NCBI GenBank assembly: GCA_965214405.1
Contig: OZ243956.1
Coordinates: 2,112,001-2,176,000, forward strand
Reading direction: 5' to 3'
Source of the DNA: Trueperaceae bacterium
GTDB lineage: Bacteria > Deinococcota > Deinococci > Deinococcales > Trueperaceae
DNA length: 64,000 nt
The notes under the pieces are model-generated. The model saw only the letters and a program-made list of their open reading frames with translations. It was not told the origin of the DNA and did not search any database. Position numbers and translations under genes: made by a program. Below, in pieces: positions 1 to 9,875 of the stretch; the first letter of the stretch is position 1; every line of letters starts with the position of its first letter.

Positions 1-1784
1 AAGATGTGGGAAAAGGCGTTGATAAAGCCGTTGTGCGCGAACTCGGGGCGAATCGAAAAGGGCTCCATCGTGCGTTGGGCGTAGCTCACCACGTCGCCGT
101 CCTCGCCTGGCTGATAGTTGATGTGAAGCTCCAAATCCACCGTCCCGAACGAAAGCTGGCGCATCTGCGCGTTCGCGGCCATAAAGGTGCGCGCGGCGAG
201 CATCTTTTGAAAAAGCTCCTCCGGAAGCCTCTCGCCCGTCTCGAAGTGGCGGGCGAAGAGGTCAAGCGCCTCACGCTCCCAGCACCAGTTCTCCATGATT
301 TGCGAGGGTAATTCGACCCAGTCGCGGGGCACGTTGGTCCCGGCCCTCTCGGGCACCTCGACGCGCGATAAGAGGTGGTGGAGGAGGTGGCCGAACTCGT
401 GAAAGGTCGTCTCGACCTCGCGGTGGGTGAGGAGCGCGGGCTTACCCTCCTGCGGCGGCGTGAAGTTGCCGACCATCAATCCTAAGTGGGGCGCAAAACT
501 CTCCCCACGCGGGCCGCCCGTAATAAAGTGGTTCATCCAGGCCCCGCCGCGCTTCGACTCGCGCGGGAACCAGTCGGCGTAAAACGAGCCCAAATGCGTG
601 CCGTCCTCGCCGTGAAGGTCGTAAAAGGTCACCTCGGGGTGCCACAATTCTTTGATGTCGCGCTCGCTGACGGTCACGCCGAAAAGCCGGTGGGCGATGT
701 TAAAAAGTCCCGAGAGCACCCGGTCGAGGGGGAAGTAGGGGCGCAGTTCCTCTTCATCCAAGTCGAACCTAGCCTTGCGCAACTTTTCGGTCACGTAGGC
801 GACGTCCCAGGGCTCGAGCCCTTCCAGCCCCAGCTCATCCCTCACAAACGCGGTCAGTGCTTCTATTTCCTCTTGCCAATACGGCTCCGTACGCTCCGCC
901 AACCCCTGCACAAACGCGAGCGCCGCCGCGCCCGTTTTGACCATGTTTTCTTCCAGGCGGTAGTCGGCGAAATCTTGATAACCCAGCAGATCGGCCAGCT
1001 CCCGCCGTAAATCCAAAATCCTGACAATCAGAGGCTGGTTGTCGAACTCGCCACCAGAGGCGCGACTCACGTACGCCTTGTACATCTTCTCGCGCAGGTC
1101 TCGAGCGTCGGCGTATTTCATGAAGGGCACATAGGAGGGAGCTTGCAGCGTAAAGCGGTAGCCCTCTTTGTCCTTGGATTTGGCGTTCTCTCTCGCCCCC
1201 GCCTTGGCGGACTCGGGCAGGCCCGACAGCTCCGCCTCGTGGGTGATGAGGAGTTCAAAGGCGTTGGTCGCGTCTAACACGTGGTTAGAAAACTCGTTCT
1301 GGAGCTCCGACAACTCGACGCTCAGCGCCTCGGCCTTGGCCTTTTGGTCGGGCGGCAGGTCGGCCCCGGCGCGGACAAAAGCGCGCATGGTTTTTTCTAA
1401 ATGGCGCTTCTTCACGCCCGCGAGCGCGTGCGCCTCGTCGGTTTCTGAAAACTCCTTGACCGCCCGCCACAGGCCATCATTCAAAGGCAGCTTGGCGTAA
1501 AAGGCGGAAAACTCAGGCAGAACCGCGTTAAATGCCTCGCGCAACTCGGGCGAGTTCATGACCGACATGAGGTGGTAGCCGAGGCCGACGGCGCGGTCTA
1601 GGCGCTCCTCGAGCCTCGAGAGCGCCCCCAACGTGTTGTCATAGGTGCGCGCGCCCGTCTCTTTGATGATGGCGTCAAGCTCGGTTTGCGCGTTCGTGAG
1701 CGCCTCACGAACGCCCGGTTCGACGTGTTCAGCCCGGATGTCGTCAAAGGGAATCAGGAATTCTTGGGATAAAAGTGGGTTCAT
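1..1784 (-). CDS. prlC: M3 family oligopeptidase A (3' end runs off the window start)
   Basis: Translated by hand on the minus strand from the ATG at 1784: MNPLLSQEFLIPFDDIRAEHVEPGV...; Zn motif TFHEFGHLLHH near 385-410, followed by VAWDWVELPSQIMENW. Confidence 0.9.
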   Translation of the reverse strand, partial: MNPLLSQEFLIPFDDIRAEHVEPGVREALTNAQTELDAIIKETGARTYDNTLGALSRLEERLDRAVGLGYHLMSVMNSPELREAFNAVLPEFSAFYAKLPLNDGLWRAVKEFSETDEAHALAGVKKRHLEKTMRAFVRAGADLPPDQKAKAEALSVELSELQNEFSNHVLDATNAFELLITHEAELSGLPESAKAGARENAKSKDKEGYRFTLQAPSYVPFMKYADARDLREKMYKAYVSRASGGEFDNQPLIVRILDLRRELADLLGYQDFADYRLEENMVKTGAAALAFVQGLAERTEPYWQEEIEALTAFVRDELGLEGLEPWDVAYVTEKLRKARFDLDEEELRPYFPLDRVLSGLFNIAHRLFGVTVSERDIKELWHPEVTFYDLHGEDGTHLGSFYADWFPRESKRGGAWMNHFITGGPRGESFAPHLGLMVGNFTPPQEGKPALLTHREVETTFHEFGHLLHHLLSRVEVPERAGTNVPRDWVELPSQIMENWCWEREALDLFARHFETGERLPEELFQKMLAARTFMAANAQMRQLSFGTVDLELHINYQPGEDGDVVSYAQRTMEPFSIRPEFAHNGFINAFSHI

Positions 1785-2090
1785 GGGGGTCCTTTCAACC
1801 CTTACACCTTACTAAACGCGCCGCGACAAGAACAGCCCGCAGCCTACGCTAAAAGGTCCCTTGAGACGGCTTTCTGTTCCTTTGAATGTCGTCCCACTCT
1901 GGTTCAGCCTCTCGACCCACGCCTCCTCCTTTCGTCGGTGGTTGAGCGTTGAGAGGTGTAGTTATAGTTAAGGCGTAATCTTCGAGACGACAACCGCCAC
2001 GTAGAGAGAATTCGGTGGCGCAAATTCAGGGTCACCGTTCCGACCTCTCTAGCGGCTCGGTTTGGGTAAGCAGCACGGAAAGGATTAGCG

Positions 2091-2843
2091 ATGAAAAAAC
2101 TTCTCATGTTCAGCCTCTGCCTCACGTTGCTGGTCGCTTGCGACTTCCGTACGGAGGCGGACGTCACCGTAAACACGGGGGCAACCGCCTCGGCAGACGG
2201 TCTCATCACCGAAGAACGCGAGGTGAGCGGCTTTAACCGCGTGCGCTTGGAAACCCTGGGCGAGTTGAACATCACGCAGGGCAACGAGGCGCGGGTGGTG
2301 CTCGAGTTCTCCCCCAAATACGAAGGGGCCATCACCACCGAAGTGCGGGGCGACACGCTTGTGATCGCCGACAACAGAACCACGATGACGCAAATCAACC
2401 GTGACGTGCTTCGCTACACCGTGACGCTGCCAGGGCTTGAAGAAGTCGCGCTTAACGGGTCGGGCGACGTGAACGTGGGGGCCTTTGGCGCAGACGCGCT
2501 CACCTTTGACCTGAGCGGCTCGGGCGACGTGACGGCTGAGGGGTTGGACGTTGGGCGGCTCGAGCTTTATCTAAGCGGCTCGGGCAATATAAGCACCACG
2601 GGCCGCGCGGACGCGCTGACGGTCGGTGTGGCGGGCTCCGGTAAGGTAGACGCGCGGGGGCTCCGCGCCGACACGGGGAACGTTACTTTGGCGGGCTCGG
2701 GCGACGTGAGCGTCTGCGCGGCGGAAGGGCTCGAGGTGAGCCTCGCGGGTAGCGGCAACGTGACCTACTACGGCGAACCGGCAAATCCCGACACTCGCGT
2801 GTCAGGTTCGGGAAATGTGAGGGCGGGCGGCGCGTGTCCGTAA
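2091..2843 (+). CDS. DUF2807/head GIN domain lipoprotein (adhesin-like beta-solenoid)
   Basis: Lipobox LLVAC; repeated (L/V)xGSGxV motifs. Confidence 0.85.
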   Translation: MKKLLMFSLCLTLLVACDFRTEADVTVNTGATASADGLITEEREVSGFNRVRLETLGELNITQGNEARVVLEFSPKYEGAITTEVRGDTLVIADNRTTMTQINRDVLRYTVTLPGLEEVALNGSGDVNVGAFGADALTFDLSGSGDVTAEGLDVGRLELYLSGSGNISTTGRADALTVGVAGSGKVDARGLRADTGNVTLAGSGDVSVCAAEGLEVSLAGSGNVTYYGEPANPDTRVSGSGNVRAGGACP

Positions 2844-2974
2844 AATATAACTTCCTGAACTCGAGGCCCGCCAACGCTCTGTAAATACTCGTGAGGTAAA
2901 GTGAGGGCGAGATTTTAGAGGCGAACACCGATTTCTGGGGCGGCGTTGCGCCTCTACCGGACGCGCTGCCCCCC

Positions 2975-3748
2975 ATGCCGGAGTTTGAACGGGCGCTTGC
3001 GTCGTCGCTAACGTTCTGGCGGGAGCAGGGTCTCAAAGTGGCGTGGCTCAAACTGCCTTTAGAGCAAGCCTCCCTCATCCCCGTCGCCGTAGCCGCCGGA
3101 TTCCGCTTTCACCACAGCCAGGAGTATTTGATGCTCACGCTGCCGCTACAAGAGGGCGCGTTTGTTCCTCCCTATGCAGATCACTACATCGGCGCGGGCG
3201 GCGCAGTGCTGAATGAGCGGCGCGAGTTGTTGGTTGTGTTGGAGCAGTACCACGCAAAAACCCGCCCACAGGCTTACAAACTTCCGGGCGGGCTGCTCGA
3301 GCCCGGTGAGGCCATGACCGAGGGCGTCATGCGCGAAGTTTATGAGGAGACGAGCGTCCGCACCCGCTTCCAATCGCTGGCGTGTTTCGGTCACATGCAC
3401 AGCTACCACTTCGGCAAATCCACGCTCTACTTCGTCTGCCGTTTGGAGCCGCTTACAGAAGAAATCACCGTAGACGAGACCGAGATTGCCGAGGCCCTGT
3501 GGATGCCGGTAGAAACGTTTTTAGAAAGCGAGCACATCAACGAATTTGAGAAGCGCATTGTGCAGGCGGTTGTGGGAGGCGGAGGGATGACGGTCTCTTT
3601 CTTAGAGGGTGACGGAACTGTTCCCGCCATTCTTAAACGACCACCACCAAAGGTGGTGGAATTGAGAAGTGACTCTAAAAGAGGAAGTCCTGGCGGCTCC
3701 TTTCCTCTTGCTTCTCCTGCTCTTCTTGATACTTTACGTAGCGCCTGA
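2975..3748 (+). CDS. Nudix hydrolase (NUDT6-like); C-terminus altered by IS200 insertion
   Basis: Nudix box GGLLEPGEAMTEGVMREVYEETSV; N-terminal ...AGFRFHH... domain; the last ~38 codons read through IS sequence. Confidence 0.8.
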   Translation: MPEFERALASSLTFWREQGLKVAWLKLPLEQASLIPVAVAAGFRFHHSQEYLMLTLPLQEGAFVPPYADHYIGAGGAVLNERRELLVVLEQYHAKTRPQAYKLPGGLLEPGEAMTEGVMREVYEETSVRTRFQSLACFGHMHSYHFGKSTLYFVCRLEPLTEEITVDETEIAEALWMPVETFLESEHINEFEKRIVQAVVGGGGMTVSFLEGDGTVPAILKRPPPKVVELRSDSKRGSPGGSFPLASPALLDTLRSA

Positions 3749-4190
3749 TGAGGTCTTCGTTCATCCCTACCGTGTTCACGAAGTAGCCGCGTGACCAGAA
3801 GTGGTTGCCCCAATAAGGCTTTTGCTTTAGCGCCGGGTAACTCTTGAACAGCTTTATCGCCAGCTTCCCTTTCAGAAACCCCATCAGTGACGAGATAGAC
3901 AGCTTGGGCGGGACAGAACACACCAGATGTACGTGGTCTGCCTGTACGCTCAGCTCTAGCACCTCCACCTCTTTCCACTCGCATAGTGTCCTGATGTCCT
4001 TCTCGACCATGTCCTTGACCGCTCCCGTCAGCACTCGGTAACGGTACTTCGGTGCCCACACGATGTGGTAGTCGCATTGGTAAACAACGTGCGTTAGCTT
4101 GCGGTACTTCGGCACACAGTAGAATACGGCACAGCCGAACAGACATCACCACCGTCATAGACGGTGGGTTCCCACGAGGGACTGAACTTT
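3632..4190 (-). mobile_element. IS200-group element (tnpA only, no tnpB)
   Basis: tnpA flanked by subterminal hairpins CCACCACC-AAA-GGTGGTGG (3641-3659) and CCACCGTC-ATA-GACGGTGG (4149-4167); exact ends approximate. Confidence 0.8.
3675..4115 (-). CDS. tnpA: IS200/IS605 family Y1 transposase TnpA
   Basis: YHIVWAPKYR, HUH motif DHVHL, FWSRGYFV, catalytic Tyr in IRRYVKYQ. Confidence 0.95.
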   Translation of the reverse strand: MPKYRKLTHVVYQCDYHIVWAPKYRYRVLTGAVKDMVEKDIRTLCEWKEVEVLELSVQADHVHLVCSVPPKLSISSLMGFLKGKLAIKLFKSYPALKQKPYWGNHFWSRGYFVNTVGMNEDLIRRYVKYQEEQEKQEERSRQDFLF

Positions 4191-4278
4191 TCACGCCTTT
4201 TGAGGTTAAGTGAGGGGCTCGAGCCTTGAAAAGGTAGGACGTCAAAAAGTGTAGGATAAGGGTTTACAGGAGGTAAAG

Positions 4279-4914
4279 ATGCCCGAACCCACCACGCTCG
4301 CTCTATTCGCCCTCGCCTCGTTCGTGCTTATCATCGTGCCGGGACCCGCGGTGCTCTACGTTGTCGCGCGGAGTTTGGAGCAGGGCCGCGTCGCAGGGCT
4401 CGCGTCGGTGCTCGGTGTGGGTGTGGGCGCGCTTGCTCACTTTATCGGCGCGGCCTTGGGCCTTTCGGCGCTTCTGGCAACCTCCGCGGTGGCCTTTTCG
4501 GCGGTTAAGTTTCTCGGGGCCGGTTACCTCATTTATCTGGGACTGCGCACCCTCTTTTCAAACTCGGCGGCGCACGGACCAAAGACGCTGCCGCGGCTTC
4601 CGCTTCACAAGATTTTTGGGCAGGGCGTCGTGGTCAACGTGCTCAACCCCAAAACCGCACTCTTCGCGCTCGCTTTTTTGCCGCAGTTTTTAGACCCCAC
4701 ACGCGGCGCGGTCGCGTTTCAGGCGCTCATCCTGGGCGTCATTTTCGTGGCTATCGCGTTCGTGAGCGACGGCCTTTATGCGCTACTTGCGGGCAGTCTC
4801 GGGGTGTGGTTGAGGCAGCGCCCCAGCTTTGTAAATGCGCAGCGTTATGTGTCGGGAACCATTTATCTAGCATTGGGCGTGGCGACGGCGTTTACGGGCT
4901 CGAGCAGAAAGTAA
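4279..4914 (+). CDS. LysE/RhtB family translocator
   Basis: PGPAVLYVV, GAGYLIYLG and NVLNPKTALF motifs; hydrophobic; RBS AGGAGG. Confidence 0.92.
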   Translation: MPEPTTLALFALASFVLIIVPGPAVLYVVARSLEQGRVAGLASVLGVGVGALAHFIGAALGLSALLATSAVAFSAVKFLGAGYLIYLGLRTLFSNSAAHGPKTLPRLPLHKIFGQGVVVNVLNPKTALFALAFLPQFLDPTRGAVAFQALILGVIFVAIAFVSDGLYALLAGSLGVWLRQRPSFVNAQRYVSGTIYLALGVATAFTGSSRK

Positions 4915-4977
4915 GGTTTCTAAGAAATTCTTTGAGCCCCAGCCAACCTTTCTAATCACCCGCGCTATAGTTGTGAC

Positions 4978-5202
4978 ATGGAAGAGCGCATCGCTGTTGA
5001 CCCAGCCATCTGCAACGGACGCCCGACGATTCAGGGAACGCGCATTACGGTGCAGACCATCCTCGAGTTTTTAGGGGCAGGCGACTCCATTGATGATATC
5101 CTCAGTGAATACCCAAGCCTCACGCGCGAGGATATCCTGGCAAGCCTGCGCTATTCTTCCCGCTTGATGGCAAACCATTTCACGCTGGAAAGGGTGGCGT
5201 GA
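4978..5202 (+). CDS. DUF433 antitoxin-like protein
   Basis: RIAVDPAICNGRPTIQGTRITV...EYPSLTREDILA signature. Confidence 0.9.
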   Translation: MEERIAVDPAICNGRPTIQGTRITVQTILEFLGAGDSIDDILSEYPSLTREDILASLRYSSRLMANHFTLERVA

Positions 5203-5540
5203 CGGGTTTTTTATTTGACGAGAATCTGCCCCACAAGCTTCACTTTACACCTTCACTCCCCGTCACCCACGCTCGAGCCTTGGGGAAAAACCCCAGCGAC
5301 ACCGACCTGTGGCGCTACGCAAAAATAAAAGACCTCATTATCGTCACCAAAGATGCAGATTTTTCGGTTCGTATTCTGATGACAGAGCCACCGCCGAAAA
5401 TCGTACATCTGCGTTTTGGCAACTTGCGCTTAGCAGCGTTTCATACGCACTTGGCTCACGTTTGGCCGCGTGTCGAGACACTTCTGGAAACTAACAAACT
5501 TGTGAGCGTTTATTTAGACCGCTTGGAGGCAGTGGCTTGA
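5199..5540 (+). CDS. DUF5615 PIN-like toxin
   Basis: FLFDENLP...SDTDLW...IVTKDADF...LRFGN; GTGA overlap with DUF433. Confidence 0.88.
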   Translation: MTGFLFDENLPHKLHFTPSLPVTHARALGKNPSDTDLWRYAKIKDLIIVTKDADFSVRILMTEPPPKIVHLRFGNLRLAAFHTHLAHVWPRVETLLETNKLVSVYLDRLEAVA

Positions 5541-5655
5541 GGGCTCGAGCCCTGAGCTGGGTGAGGAAGCTCGAGGAACAAGAGCTTTAGGTCCCTTCTC
5601 GAGCCGTCCTTTAGGCATCTCGGGCAGCCAACACTCGAGTCACTCCTTTGCAGTA

Positions 5656-5712
5656 GCATCACCTTTACTGCTTTGCCGCATCATCAGTGCATCACCTGTG
5701 CTACACTGATGC
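5656..5712 (+). promoter_or_regulatory. Putative operator: repeated GCATCA boxes upstream of the RHH gene
   Basis: GCATCA at 5656, 5678 and 5689, inverted TGATGC at 5707; overlaps -10-like TACACT (5702-5707). Confidence 0.45.
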
Positions 5713-5725
5713 TCAGGAGGAAGCT

Positions 5726-5959
5726 ATGCCTAACACCAACGGTCAACCCAAAGACACCATCCGCCTCACCCTGAGCCTCTCACCGGAGATGTACGAGAAG
5801 CTCGAGCAGCTAGCCAACGACGCCCGCACCAGCAAAAGCGAGGTGATGCGGCGCAGCCTGGGAATCTACGACATCGCGGTAGAGGGCAAGGGAGAAGGTT
5901 ATCACTTGGGTCTCGCCAAAGACCGCTCGAGGTTAGAGCGCGAAATCGTCAACTACTAG
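5726..5959 (+). CDS. Ribbon-helix-helix (CopG-like) DNA-binding protein
   Basis: IRLTLSLSPEMYEKLEQLA...TSKSEVMRRSL; RBS AGGAGG before ATG 5726. Confidence 0.75.
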   Translation: MPNTNGQPKDTIRLTLSLSPEMYEKLEQLANDARTSKSEVMRRSLGIYDIAVEGKGEGYHLGLAKDRSRLEREIVNY

Positions 5960-5960
5960 C

Positions 5961-6266
5961 GTGCCCCAAAACCTCGACGCGGGCAGCCGCTTAAAGGGCA
6001 CCTTCGAGCTGGTTCCGCCCGAGAGCGAGGTCGAGACCTCGGCGCGGCTCGAAGACGACGCCGAGCGACGCCGCCACGCGCTGTGGCGTGAACGCGTCAC
6101 CTTTATGGGTGCCCTCTTTACCCTGGCGCTGCTTTTGGTCTTCAGCCTCATCAGTATCAGCCTGCCGAGCGCCACGCCCGAAGCGCGTGAGTTGGCTTCG
6201 CAGGTCCTACCCGCGCTGTTCACAGGCCTCTTGGGCTATTTCGTGGGTCGCCGGGGGACGAATTGA
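5961..6266 (+). CDS. Small two-TM membrane protein, hypothetical
   Basis: Starts 1 nt after the RHH stop; two hydrophobic segments, ends LLGYFVGRR. Confidence 0.65.
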   Translation: MPQNLDAGSRLKGTFELVPPESEVETSARLEDDAERRRHALWRERVTFMGALFTLALLLVFSLISISLPSATPEARELASQVLPALFTGLLGYFVGRRGTN

Positions 6267-6548
6267 GGAGACCCCTTGTCCGAAGCGCAGGGGAATGTCT
6301 CGAGAAATTCCGCTAAGGATGAGTGACGGCTAGCAGGGCAAAACGAAAACGTAAAAAAGACGTTGCACAACGTCGTCTGCAAAGGATGGCTAATCCAGAA
6401 CACCCTAGAATTTTGTTGGAACTTTATCAGTATTTGAACCCACAGCCGAATACGTATCCTGAAAGCCTAACCACAAGTTTTATCGGCAACTGGGTGAAAC
6501 ATCGTACGCTTCTTACCAGGAGCTTTTCAGTGAAGTTGAGCAGCAGGC

Positions 6549-6761
6549 GGGGTCTACGCTCAACCCAAAGACAACTTCAAGCATCCCCGTCTCTGGTCGC
6601 CCGCCTTTGCTTGGGTACGCAAAACCGTCGAGACCGTCTACTCCTCTTTAGTTCGCTCCCGTAACCTGGCGCTGGTTCAGCTCAACTCCTTCCGCTCCGT
6701 CAGAACCGCCATCTGCCGCAAAGTAGCCGCTCACAACCTCACCTGGTTCTCTCTTCGCTAA
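6549..6761 (+). pseudogene. C-terminal remnant of an IS982-like DDE transposase
   Basis: Translated by hand: GVYAQPKDNFKHPRLWSPAFAWVRKTVETVYSSLVRSRNL...RKVAAHNL...*; no N-terminal part or start. Confidence 0.6.
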
Positions 6762-6839
6762 CATCTCCTGGCCGTCGAGGTTTTTTAAGAGCGAACCACA
6801 TAGTTCGCCCTCAAAACATCTTCAACCTTCAACTTTGAC

Positions 6840-8783
6840 CTACTTCTGCCCCAACAACTTCTCCACCACGCTTTTATCTTCCAACGTACTAGTATCCCCC
6901 GCCGCTTCCTCCCCCGCCGCGATGTTTCGCAGCAAACGGCGCATGATTTTGCCGCTCCGGGTCTTGGGCAGGGCGTCGGCAAAGCGGATTTCGTCGGGCT
7001 TGGCGATCGCGCCGATTTCCTTGGCGACGTGGTCGCGGAGTTCTTTGCGGAGGTCGTCGGAGCCTTGACGGGTGCCCTCGAGCGTCACAAACGCCACAAT
7101 CCCCTGACCCTTGACTTCGTCGGGCCGCCCCACCACCGCGGCCTCCGCGACGGTGGGGTGCGAGACGAGCGCCGACTCGACCTCCATCGTGCCCAAACGG
7201 TGGCCCGAGACGTTCACCACGTCGTCCACGCGTCCCATAATCCAGAAGTAGCCGTCCTCGTCGCGGCGCGCGCCGTCGCCCGCGAAGTAGACGTGCGGGA
7301 CCTCCGACCAGTATTGCGCGCGGTAGCGGTCATCGTCGCCGTAAACCGTCCTGAGCATCGAGGGCCAGGGGCGTTTTAGGACCAAGTAGCCGCCGTCGTT
7401 CGCCGCCTGCTCGTTACCTTCCACGTCCACGATGGCGGGCTCCACGCCGAAAAAGGGCAGCCCCGCCGATCCCGGTTTGGCCGCGTGCGCGCCGGGAAGC
7501 GTGGTAATCATGATGCCGCCCGTTTCGGTCTGCCACCAGGTGTCCACCACCGGGCAGCGGTCCCCGCCGATGACGCGGCGGTACCACATCCAGGCCTCGG
7601 GGTTGATGGGCTCGCCGACGGTGCCTAGTAAGCGCAGGGAGGACAGGTTGTGCTTCTGCGGATGCTCGTCACCCTGCTTCATAAAAGCGCGAATCGCGGT
7701 GGGGGCGGTGTAGAAAACCGTCACCTTGTACTTGTTGACGAGGTCCCAGAGGCGGTCGGGGCCAGGGTAGGTGGGCGCGCCCTCGTACATCACCTGCGTC
7801 GCGCCGTTGAGCATCGGCCCGTAAACGATGTAGGAGTGCCCAGTAATCCAGCCCACGTCGGCGGTACACCAAAACACGTCGTCGTCGCGGAGGTCGAACA
7901 CGTATTTGGTCGTGAGGTAGGTGTAGACCATATAGCCGCCGGTGGTGTGCAGCACGCCCTTGGGTTTGCCCGTCGAGCCGGAGGTGTAGAGGATAAACAG
8001 GGGGTCCTCGGCGTCCATCGGCTCGGCGGGGCAGTTGTCGGAGGCGTCCGCCACCGCCTCGTGATACCAGAGGTCGCGGCCCTCTTTCATCGTTACGTCG
8101 GTGTCGGTGCGTTTGACGACGAAAACGGTTTTGACGCTCTCGCAGCTCTCGAGCGCCTCGTCCACCGCGGGCTTGAGCGGCAGAACGCTCCCGCGCCGGT
8201 TGCCGCCGTCGGCGGTGATGACGGCGACGGCCTCCGCGTCGAGGATGCGGTCACGCAGCGCCGCCGCGCTAAAGCCGCCAAAGACAACCGAATGCACCGC
8301 GCCGATGCGCGCGCAGGCGAGCATGGCGACGGCGGCTTGGGGGACCATCGGCATGTAAATCGCTATTTTGTCGCCCTTGCCGATGCCCTTGGCTTTAAGC
8401 GCGTTGGCGAATTTGGACACCTCGGTGAGGAGTTCGCGGTACGTCAGCGTGCGTGCGTCGCCTGGCTCGCCCTCCCAGAGGACGGCGGTCTTGTCGCCGT
8501 GTCCCTGCTCAATCTGATAGTCCAGCGCGTTGTAAGCGAGGTTGGTTTTGCCGCCGACGAACCATTTGACGAAGGGCTCGTTCCACTCCTGCACCCTTTG
8601 CCACGACTCAAACCAATGGAGTTCGTTGGCGACCTCGCTCCAGAACGCGTCGGGGTGCTCGAGCGACCGCTTGTAGAGCCGCTCATACTCCCCCGCGTCA
8701 CTTATCTTAGCCTGCGCCTTAAAATTTTCCGGCGGCTCAAAGGAGCGCGCCTCTTGCAAAACCGATTCGATGCGTTCGGACAT
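6840..8783 (-). CDS. acs: Acetyl-CoA synthetase
   Basis: [36 protein letters not shown]. Confidence 0.97.
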   Translation of the reverse strand: MSERIESVLQEARSFEPPENFKAQAKISDAGEYERLYKRSLEHPDAFWSEVANELHWFESWQRVQEWNEPFVKWFVGGKTNLAYNALDYQIEQGHGDKTAVLWEGEPGDARTLTYRELLTEVSKFANALKAKGIGKGDKIAIYMPMVPQAAVAMLACARIGAVHSVVFGGFSAAALRDRILDAEAVAVITADGGNRRGSVLPLKPAVDEALESCESVKTVFVVKRTDTDVTMKEGRDLWYHEAVADASDNCPAEPMDAEDPLFILYTSGSTGKPKGVLHTTGGYMVYTYLTTKYVFDLRDDDVFWCTADVGWITGHSYIVYGPMLNGATQVMYEGAPTYPGPDRLWDLVNKYKVTVFYTAPTAIRAFMKQGDEHPQKHNLSSLRLLGTVGEPINPEAWMWYRRVIGGDRCPVVDTWWQTETGGIMITTLPGAHAAKPGSAGLPFFGVEPAIVDVEGNEQAANDGGYLVLKRPWPSMLRTVYGDDDRYRAQYWSEVPHVYFAGDGARRDEDGYFWIMGRVDDVVNVSGHRLGTMEVESALVSHPTVAEAAVVGRPDEVKGQGIVAFVTLEGTRQGSDDLRKELRDHVAKEIGAIAKPDEIRFADALPKTRSGKIMRRLLRNIAAGEEAAGDTSTLEDKSVVEKLLGQK

Positions 8784-8947
8784 CCTGCCTCCTCGCTAAA
8801 GCTTGTACCCTCGTTTGGCGCTAGTTTACCCCATACCCACCTCGTAAGTGCCCCTTCAAGCGGCGACCATGTAGAGCGCGCCGTGGGCAAAATGGGCAAA
8901 GGGCATTGGCGACGTGACGGGGGGAGCAGGCTCGAGTACACTCACCC

Positions 8948-9175
8948 ATGACCCGCAGACGCCGCGTCTTCATCTGGTTTGCCGCCCTATTCGCCATCTG
9001 GCTCACCGTCGCCCTTGGCTTATTCGTTGCCGACAACGTCCAAACCGAAGTGAAGCTCTCGCCCGCCGAAGCCTCCGCCGAGGCGACGCTCGGCGACCTC
9101 AGTTGCCGCAAAACGCTGAGCCGTTCGTTTCCCTTTTTTGAGCTGGCGTGCCAAGAGGTTGGAGCTGCGCCCTAG
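8948..9175 (+). CDS. Small membrane-anchored hypothetical protein
   Basis: N-terminal TM/signal segment; -10 TACACT 5 nt before ATG (leaderless); two Cys. Confidence 0.55.
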   Translation: MTRRRRVFIWFAALFAIWLTVALGLFVADNVQTEVKLSPAEASAEATLGDLSCRKTLSRSFPFFELACQEVGAAP

Positions 9176-9305
9176 GGAGAGCTTTCCATAGGTTCTATAG
9201 GGTTCTGCAGGGTTTTACCCCCCTTACACCGTTAGTACGGATGCACCATAAAAAACACCACACCGTGCCACAATCCGGTTACGTCCTTCTTGACTACATC
9301 TACTT

Positions 9306-9875
9306 ATGACAAAGGTTTTCGTTTCCTCAACCCACCGCGTGGTGCAGACCTCGCTCGAGCACGCCTTGGCGTCTTTGGGCTACGTCATCGTCGGCGAGGC
9401 GGCGGCCGACGTGGTCTTGCAAGATTTGCGCTATGAGGCGAGCATCCAGACAAAACCTGGGGCCGCGCCGACCGTTGCGCTCACCGTTCGGGAGAGAGAA
9501 TTCAACGTTCGCCTCCTCAAATGGGGCTATAAGGGTTACCTCAAAGCGGACGCGAGCATCGAGGACATGAAAAAGGCGCTCGACGCAGTGGCAAGGGGGG
9601 AAAACTGGGCCTCGCGCGAGGTGGTCGCCCGAGCTTTGGATGAGACGCTGCGGCAGCCTGAATCTTCAATAGACATTCGGGCCTTGGAGCTTACGCCCCG
9701 TGAGCGAGAGGTGGCGGACCTTATTTTGTTAGAGCTATCGAACTTAGAAATCGCCAAAAAACTGGGCGTGTCAGAGAAAACCGTCAAAGGCTATGCCACA
9801 TCTATTTACAGCAAGTTGGGCGTCACCAGCCGCAGAGACCTCATCATCGCCGTGGCGGCCTCTCACGATCCGTAA
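9306..9875 (+). CDS. LuxR/NarL-type regulator with degenerate receiver domain
   Basis: LTPREREVADLILLELSNLEIAKKLGVSEKTVK HTH; GYKGYLK receiver remnant. Confidence 0.88.
   Translation: MTKVFVSSTHRVVQTSLEHALASLGYVIVGEAAADVVLQDLRYEASIQTKPGAAPTVALTVREREFNVRLLKWGYKGYLKADASIEDMKKALDAVARGENWASREVVARALDETLRQPESSIDIRALELTPREREVADLILLELSNLEIAKKLGVSEKTVKGYATSIYSKLGVTSRRDLIIAVAASHDP

Noticed and set aside
2900..2974. Extended Nudix N-terminus (ILEANTDFWGGVAP...)
   Set aside because: It looks coding, but there is no canonical in-frame start after the TAA at 2897; it may be a 1-nt indel or an ATT start and cannot be resolved here.
3632..4190. IS605-type element with tnpB/omega RNA
   Set aside because: Both end hairpins closely flank tnpA, leaving no room for tnpB.
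6323..6664. 113-aa ORF as a real gene
   Set aside because: It spans unrelated fragments, and its 3' half is an alternative frame of the IS982-like remnant.
7650..8951. 433-aa plus-strand ORF and similar long antisense ORFs (54018-54998, 38752-39678, 47277-48272, 61257-62066)
   Set aside because: Shadow ORFs opposite well-supported genes in GC-rich DNA.
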